Shown here: positions 57,801-64,000 of the stretch, one piece after another
Layout: the number at the start of each line of letters is the position of its first letter
Numbering within the stretch: the stretch's first letter is position 1
DNA from: Dudresnaya verticillata
Lineage: Eukaryota
Direction: 5' to 3'
NCBI GenBank assembly: GCA_977862235.1
Contig: OZ374558.1
Location: 2,542,001-2,606,000, forward strand
Length of the DNA: 64,000 bases
Translations under genes and position numbers: made by a program
Notes under the pieces: model-generated
What the model was told of the DNA's origin: nothing
Databases searched by the model: none
What the model saw: the letters and a program-made list of their open reading frames with translations, nothing else

Positions 57801-59657
57801 ATGAGTCGGCGCTTTGCCTGGGCGGTTCTGCCGTTCACACTGGTGCTGCTACTGCAGTTCTTGCAACTAGCCAACGCCGGTGATGCGGTCGCCAATGTTG
57901 AAGCTGTGCGTGCTGGTGTTCAAGTAGATGTCGGTGCCGGTGGTGGTAAGCCGAACACAAACAAGGAGGCTTCCGAAAACCCAAATGTGGCTTCCGTCCA
58001 TCTCCACAACGAGGGAGGCGATGAAGAGCCTGTCGTCGACGAGGGCGATGAGGAAGAAGATGAGCTGGAAGAGAAGATGATCGGCGACGTGGAACACCTT
58101 GAAGAGGATGAGGATGAAGACGTCGAGGACGATGAGGAAGATGAGATCGAGGGTGTGTTGCAAGATGGAGAAGGCAGTTTAGAAGAAGTTGCCGACCGTG
58201 AGGATGACGACGACGAATTGTCTGAAGATTCTGTGGACGAGGAGGACGTTGATGATCTCCTTGATGATGAGAGTGTGCATAATGACGAGGATACGCTGGC
58301 CGAAGAGATCGACACTGGCCTCATGGAAGAGGATAGCGAGGAAGGCGGAGAAGAGAAGCCGGATATTGTGGACGAATCTTCGAAAGGATGGAGGGGATGG
58401 CGCCGAGAGTGCCGGAGGTGCCATTTCTCGTCACAATGCAGGCGCGGTCTGAAGTGCTGGCGTAGGAAATGTGTGATCAACAATGCGAGGTTAAGGTTGC
58501 GTTGCTTCCGAAACCACTGCCAGCGGTGTTCCAGGACGCATCACTGCCGACCCGGGCTCACGTGCCGGTGGGGAAAGTGTATTGTCAACAAGCCCGGCCA
58601 TTCGCATCGCTGCTTCCGCCCTCCCCCGCGTCCAAGGAGCTACTATAAGGCTGACTGCGTACGGTGTTCGGCGAGTAACGAGTGCAGGAGCCGACGTTGT
58701 TTCCGGGCCGGAACGAGGTGGGCGCGTTGTGCGAGAGACGTCTGGTGGTACAGAAAGTGCTTTCTGAAGAAGGAGTGCGCACCGTGCAAGTTGAGCAAGG
58801 AGTGTAAGAGTGGAAAGTGCTGGAAAAAGCGTTGTGTGAATGTGAGGAAGGTGCGCGGTAGGAAGATTACGGATCCTACTTCACTGCGCAAGTGCTTTGG
58901 GCAGGTGGGCAAGTGTGGATTCTGCAAGTCCACGCGGGACTGCAAGGGGAAGCTGGTGTGCAAAGCAGGGACGGGGCGTTCGAAGCGGGCAAGGTGCGCA
59001 GAGCCGATGGGTGAAGGTAAGCGTTGTCATGATCCGTGCTGGGCATGCAAGAGGGGTCTTAGGTGTAATGGGAAGACATGCGAGCGCCCGCGAGTGCCGT
59101 TTTGTGGAAAGTGCCGACGTACTAAGGACTGCTCGTCTGGGATGGTGTGCAAATTCGCGAGGAGGGGTGACCCGTGGGGACGTTGCGCGAAGCGTATGGA
59201 TGTCGGTAAGAGCTGTCGTGACCTGTGCTGGGCGTGCAAGGGCGGGCTGTTTTGTAAGAATGGCAAGGTCTGCAGCAAGCGTGGAGAGAAATGTGCGTGG
59301 TGCTCGAAGCACTGGCATTGCAAGCAGGGTCTTCGTTGCAAGAAGAAGCCCGGAGCTAAGGAAGGGAAGTGTGCGCAGCCGCGGGGCGAGGGGTCTCCTT
59401 GCCATGATGACTGCTGGACGTGTAAACACAGGCTGGAGTGCAGGAACGGCAAGGTATGCAAGCCACCGCGCAAGGGCCAGTGCGGACATTGCAAGGTTGA
59501 TGACGACTGCAAGGGGAAGCTTGTTTGCAAGGTGAAGGGTAAATTTGGGAAGTGTGCGAAGCCGAACGGTGTTGGTAAGCCGTGTCGTGATCCGTGCTGG
59601 GCGTGTGAGAAACACCTTGTGTGCAACAAGTGGGGCAAGTGTGCGTACCCGTATTAG
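57801..59657 (+). CDS. Cys-rich secreted protein, copy 3
   Basis: Identical 618-aa translation. Confidence 0.92.
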   Translation: MSRRFAWAVLPFTLVLLLQFLQLANAGDAVANVEAVRAGVQVDVGAGGGKPNTNKEASENPNVASVHLHNEGGDEEPVVDEGDEEEDELEEKMIGDVEHLEEDEDEDVEDDEEDEIEGVLQDGEGSLEEVADREDDDDELSEDSVDEEDVDDLLDDESVHNDEDTLAEEIDTGLMEEDSEEGGEEKPDIVDESSKGWRGWRRECRRCHFSSQCRRGLKCWRRKCVINNARLRLRCFRNHCQRCSRTHHCRPGLTCRWGKCIVNKPGHSHRCFRPPPRPRSYYKADCVRCSASNECRSRRCFRAGTRWARCARDVWWYRKCFLKKECAPCKLSKECKSGKCWKKRCVNVRKVRGRKITDPTSLRKCFGQVGKCGFCKSTRDCKGKLVCKAGTGRSKRARCAEPMGEGKRCHDPCWACKRGLRCNGKTCERPRVPFCGKCRRTKDCSSGMVCKFARRGDPWGRCAKRMDVGKSCRDLCWACKGGLFCKNGKVCSKRGEKCAWCSKHWHCKQGLRCKKKPGAKEGKCAQPRGEGSPCHDDCWTCKHRLECRNGKVCKPPRKGQCGHCKVDDDCKGKLVCKVKGKFGKCAKPNGVGKPCRDPCWACEKHLVCNKWGKCAYPY

Positions 59658-59880
59658 GTAATGAATCGGGTTGCGAGAGATAGGGGAAGGTAATTTGTTT
59701 ACGAGATGCTTCACTGCTAGGAACCTTGTGTGAGCATGGAGTGAGCGAATCTGATATACCTTGCGCACTATTAGAAATGAGGGCTACCTGGTCTGTTAGA
59801 AGACGGGTTTGAGCAGACATTGCAGCGTTTGCAAACGCCTAGTCTTGATAAAGAAACTTCAGTACGCAGCGTGTACGCAG

Positions 59881-59884
<4 letters not shown>

Positions 59885-59938
<54 letters not shown>
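59885..59938. repeat. (GA)27 microsatellite
   Basis: Read directly. Confidence 0.95.
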
Positions 59939-59942
<4 letters not shown>

Positions 59943-60896
59943 AGAGAAAGCGGATCTCGTGTTTTGTCAACGGAGCTCAATTTGTTAAACGGGCAATAGG
60001 CGTTTATGCAGAGGAAAGACTACATTACATACGTGTTAAGCGGAAAGACCGGAGGGTCAACGCGTCGGCACGAATCGGAGCTTCGGGCTGCTCAGTCAGA
60101 CTTTGGCCAAATCATTCAATGCAACGTACTGCAACGAAGCACTATGGTGCGCCTGTTCATTTTCGTAAAGTCTCTCGCAAGCTTGTTTTGAGATGAGCAG
60201 TTCCGCTCACCGTAGCTCGCCTCAAAAGTCGATAACGAGCGATCTCGCCCGGAGTCAAGAAGACCAGGGCCAGGAATGAGCATCATCACCCCTGGCGCAC
60301 ATGAGCGATGCGAGGAGAGAAGCTGCTGACACGCCAAGTTCCTACAATCAATTTATTTTCGTAAGGGTGCGGTTGTGCGGACAGTCGTTGCATTGCTATC
60401 AAACATCACCTCTTTACCTCGGCCCACAGCCATAAAGACAAAGGCCGTGCCACCAGTCGTTGTCTCCCAATAGTGCAATGGAGCTGAATTGCACTGCGTA
60501 CGCCTCAAGCTCGCTGACACGGATCGCTTCTTAGTGAATCGATGCGACCAGGAATGGCCTTTGCCGCGCCAGCACCGGTCAAAGATGGCACAAATGAGGA
60601 CGCTATCGATTCGTCATGTCATGTACAGTCAATGCAATTCAGGGCTGGCTCCGAGGAGGCATCTGGACGCGGAATCGACACGACTTGGAATGCAACTGCC
60701 GGCGCCGCAGTCGCCCTCATCTTGATATCGAAGTGACGCCTCCGCGAGAAGGGTATAAAGACTGGTCCTCTCCGAGCCGTAACCACAACGTCTTCCCCGC
60801 AAGCGCGCAAAGCAACGCGAAGCAATCGCCGCGAAACAAATTCGCAGCAGCTCACCGGCATATTGCTTCTACCTCATCTCGCTGATCTCAAACACG

Positions 60897-62753
60897 ATGA
60901 GTCGGCGCTTTGCCTGGGCGGTTCTGCCGTTCACACTGGTGCTGCTACTGCAGTTCTTGCAACTAGCCAACGCCGGTGATGCGGTCGCCAATGTTGAAGC
61001 TGTGCGTGCTGGTGTTCAAGTAGATGTCGGTGCCGGTGGTGGTAAGCCGAACACAAACAAGGAGGCTTCCGAAAACCCAAATGTGGCTTCCGTCCATCTC
61101 CACAACGAGGGAGGCGATGAAGAGCCTGTCGTCGACGAGGGCGATGAGGAAGAAGATGAGCTGGAAGAGAAGATGATCGGCGACGTGGAACACCTTGAAG
61201 AGGATGAGGATGAAGACGTCGAGGACGATGAGGAAGATGAGATCGAGGGTGTGTTGCAAGATGGAGAAGGCAGTTTAGAAGAAGTTGCCGACCGTGAGGA
61301 TGACGACGACGAATTGTCTGAAGATTCTGTGGACGAGGAGGACGTTGATGATCTCCTTGATGATGAGAGTGTGCATAATGACGAGGATACGCTGGCCGAA
61401 GAGATCGACACTGGCCTCATGGAAGAGGATAGCGAGGAAGGCGGAGAAGAGAAGCCGGATATTGTGGACGAATCTTCGAAAGGATGGAGGGGATGGCGCC
61501 GAGAGTGCCGGAGGTGCCATTTCTCGTCACAATGCAGGCGCGGTCTGAAGTGCTGGCGTAGGAAATGTGTGATCAACAATGCGAGGTTAAGGTTGCGTTG
61601 CTTCCGAAACCACTGCCAGCGGTGTTCCAGGACGCATCACTGCCGACCCGGGCTCACGTGCCGGTGGGGAAAGTGTATTGTCAACAAGCCCGGCCATTCG
61701 CATCGCTGCTTCCGCCCTCCCCCGCGTCCAAGGAGCTACTATAAGGCTGACTGCGTACGGTGTTCGGCGAGTAACGAGTGCAGGAGCCGACGTTGTTTCC
61801 GGGCCGGAACGAGGTGGGCGCGTTGTGCGAGAGACGTCTGGTGGTACAGAAAGTGCTTTCTGAAGAAGGAGTGCGCACCGTGCAAGTTGAGCAAGGAGTG
61901 TAAGAGTGGAAAGTGCTGGAAAAAGCGTTGTGTGAATGTGAGGAAGGTGCGCGGTAGGAAGATTACGGATCCTACTTCACTGCGCAAGTGCTTTGGGCAG
62001 GTGGGCAAGTGTGGATTCTGCAAGTCCACGCGGGACTGCAAGGGGAAGCTGGTGTGCAAAGCAGGGACGGGGCGTTCGAAGCGGGCAAGGTGCGCAGAGC
62101 CGATGGGTGAAGGTAAGCGTTGTCATGATCCGTGCTGGGCATGCAAGAGGGGTCTTAGGTGTAATGGGAAGACATGCGAGCGCCCGCGAGTGCCGTTTTG
62201 TGGAAAGTGCCGACGTACTAAGGACTGCTCGTCTGGGATGGTGTGCAAATTCGCGAGGAGGGGTGACCCGTGGGGACGTTGCGCGAAGCGTATGGATGTC
62301 GGTAAGAGCTGTCGTGACCTGTGCTGGGCGTGCAAGGGCGGGCTGTTTTGTAAGAATGGCAAGGTCTGCAGCAAGCGTGGAGAGAAATGTGCGTGGTGCT
62401 CGAAGCACTGGCATTGCAAGCAGGGTCTTCGTTGCAAGAAGAAGCCCGGAGCTAAGGAAGGGAAGTGTGCGCAGCCGCGGGGCGAGGGGTCTCCTTGCCA
62501 TGATGACTGCTGGACGTGTAAACACAGGCTGGAGTGCAGGAACGGCAAGGTATGCAAGCCACCGCGCAAGGGCCAGTGCGGACATTGCAAGGTTGATGAC
62601 GACTGCAAGGGGAAGCTTGTTTGCAAGGTGAAGGGTAAATTTGGGAAGTGTGCGAAGCCGAACGGTGTTGGTAAGCCGTGTCGTGATCCGTGCTGGGCGT
62701 GTGAGAAACACCTTGTGTGCAACAAGTGGGGCAAGTGTGCGTACCCGTATTAG
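60897..62753 (+). CDS. Cys-rich secreted protein, copy 4
   Basis: Identical 618-aa translation. Confidence 0.92.
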   Translation: MSRRFAWAVLPFTLVLLLQFLQLANAGDAVANVEAVRAGVQVDVGAGGGKPNTNKEASENPNVASVHLHNEGGDEEPVVDEGDEEEDELEEKMIGDVEHLEEDEDEDVEDDEEDEIEGVLQDGEGSLEEVADREDDDDELSEDSVDEEDVDDLLDDESVHNDEDTLAEEIDTGLMEEDSEEGGEEKPDIVDESSKGWRGWRRECRRCHFSSQCRRGLKCWRRKCVINNARLRLRCFRNHCQRCSRTHHCRPGLTCRWGKCIVNKPGHSHRCFRPPPRPRSYYKADCVRCSASNECRSRRCFRAGTRWARCARDVWWYRKCFLKKECAPCKLSKECKSGKCWKKRCVNVRKVRGRKITDPTSLRKCFGQVGKCGFCKSTRDCKGKLVCKAGTGRSKRARCAEPMGEGKRCHDPCWACKRGLRCNGKTCERPRVPFCGKCRRTKDCSSGMVCKFARRGDPWGRCAKRMDVGKSCRDLCWACKGGLFCKNGKVCSKRGEKCAWCSKHWHCKQGLRCKKKPGAKEGKCAQPRGEGSPCHDDCWTCKHRLECRNGKVCKPPRKGQCGHCKVDDDCKGKLVCKVKGKFGKCAKPNGVGKPCRDPCWACEKHLVCNKWGKCAYPY

Positions 62754-62976
62754 GTAATGAATCGGGTTGCGAGAGATAGGGGAAGGTAATTTGTTTACGA
62801 GATGCTTCACTGCTAGGAACCTTGTGTGAGCATGGAGTGAGCGAATCTGATATACCTTGCGCACTATTAGAAATGAGGGCTACCTGGTCTGTTAGAAGAC
62901 GGGTTTGAGCAGACATTGCAGCGTTTGCAAACGCCTAGTCTTGATAAAGAAACTTCAGTACGCAGCGTGTACGCAG

Positions 62977-62980
<4 letters not shown>

Positions 62981-63034
<54 letters not shown>
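62981..63034. repeat. (GA)27 microsatellite
   Basis: Read directly. Confidence 0.95.
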
Positions 63035-63038
<4 letters not shown>

Positions 63039-63985
63039 AGAGAAAGCGGATCTCGTGTTTTGTCAACGGAGCTCAATTTGTTAAACGGGCAATAGGCGTT
63101 TATGCAGAGGAAAGACTACATTACATACGTGTTAAGCGGAAAGACCGGAGGGTCAACGCGTCGGCACGAATCGGAGCTTCGGGCTGCTCAGTCAGACTTT
63201 GGCCAAATCATTCAATGCAACGTACTGCAACGAAGCACTATGGTGCGCCTGTTCATTTTCGTAAAGTCTCTCGCAAGCTTGTTTTGAGATGAGCAGTTCC
63301 GCTCACCGTAGCTCGCCTCAAAAGTCGATAACGAGCGATCTCGCCCGGAGTCAAGAAGACCAGGGCCAGGAATGAGCATCATCACCCCTGGCGCACATGA
63401 GCGATGCGAGGAGAGAAGCTGCTGACACGCCAAGTTCCTACAATCAATTTATTTTCGTAAGGGTGCGGTTGTGCGGACAGTCGTTGCATTGCTATCAAAC
63501 ATCACCTCTTTACCTCGGCCCACAGCCATAAAGACAAAGGCCGTGCCACCAGTCGTTGTCTCCCAATAGTGCAATGGAGCTGAATTGCACTGCGTACGCC
63601 TCAAGCTCGCTGACACGGATCGCTTCTTAGTGAATCGATGCGACCAGGAATGGCCTTTGCCGCGCCAGCACCGGTCAAAGATGGCACAAATGAGGACGCT
63701 ATCGATTCGTCATGTCATGTACAGTCAATGCAATTCAGGGCTGGCTCCGAGGAGGCATCTGGACGCGGAATCGACACGACTTGGAATGCAACTGCCGGCG
63801 CCGCAGTCGCCCTCATCTTGATATCGAAGTGACGCCTCCGCGAGAAGGGTATAAAGACTGGTCCTCTCCGAGCCGTAACCACAACGTCTTCCCCGCAAGC
63901 GCGCAAAGCAACGCGAAGCAATCGCCGCGAAACAAATTCGCAGCAGCTCACCGGCATATTGCTTCTACCTCATCTCGCTGATCTC

Positions 63986-64000
63986 ATGATGAGTCGGCGC
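63986..64000 (+). CDS. Start of copy 5 (partial)
   Basis: ATG ATG AGT CGG CGC follows the same promoter as copies 2-4. Confidence 0.8.

Larger units (their letters stand above)
51627..64000 (+). repeat. Tandem gene array, unit ~3.1 kb, at least 4 units, continuing past the window
   Basis: ATG-to-ATG periods 3072, 3102, 3096 and 3092. Confidence 0.98.

Noticed and set aside
51693..62916. Antisense and alternate-frame ORFs over the array, such as the 295-aa and poly-Ser ORFs
   Set aside because: Shadow frames of the biased 618-aa CDS and of the GA tract.

Overview
Eukaryotic, transposon-dense window; intronless genes and element types suggest a red alga, which is an inference. Bases 1-42.7 kb are a nest of Ty3/gypsy LTR retroelements, resolved by TG..CA termini and seven 5-bp target-site duplications (TSDs). 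Chromodomain-bearing element A occurs twice: A1 (146-10339) sits in an inverted LTR of its own family, and A2 (32720-41646) sits in gag of element F (28368-42715), whose RT has WLDD. A piggyBac-like relic is interrupted by element B. The gag of B is split by LTR C, by the 3' half of element D (carrying a long antisense accessory ORF) and by solo LTRs. Two LINE-like 3' ends and a three-copy degenerate repeat follow. Host-like content is a divergent RWP-RK-like ORF (42782-43561) and a ~3.1-kb tandem array of four complete copies plus the start of a fifth. The array encodes a 618-aa secreted protein with an acidic tract and a cationic 64-Cys region. Most notable: this array and its promoter/CDS discordance, motifs in six LTR types complementary to a tRNA-Tyr-like D-arm (four or five also to the anticodon arm), the antisense cargo gene, and an RNaseH-integrase frame break shared by both A copies. 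All alignments were made by eye.
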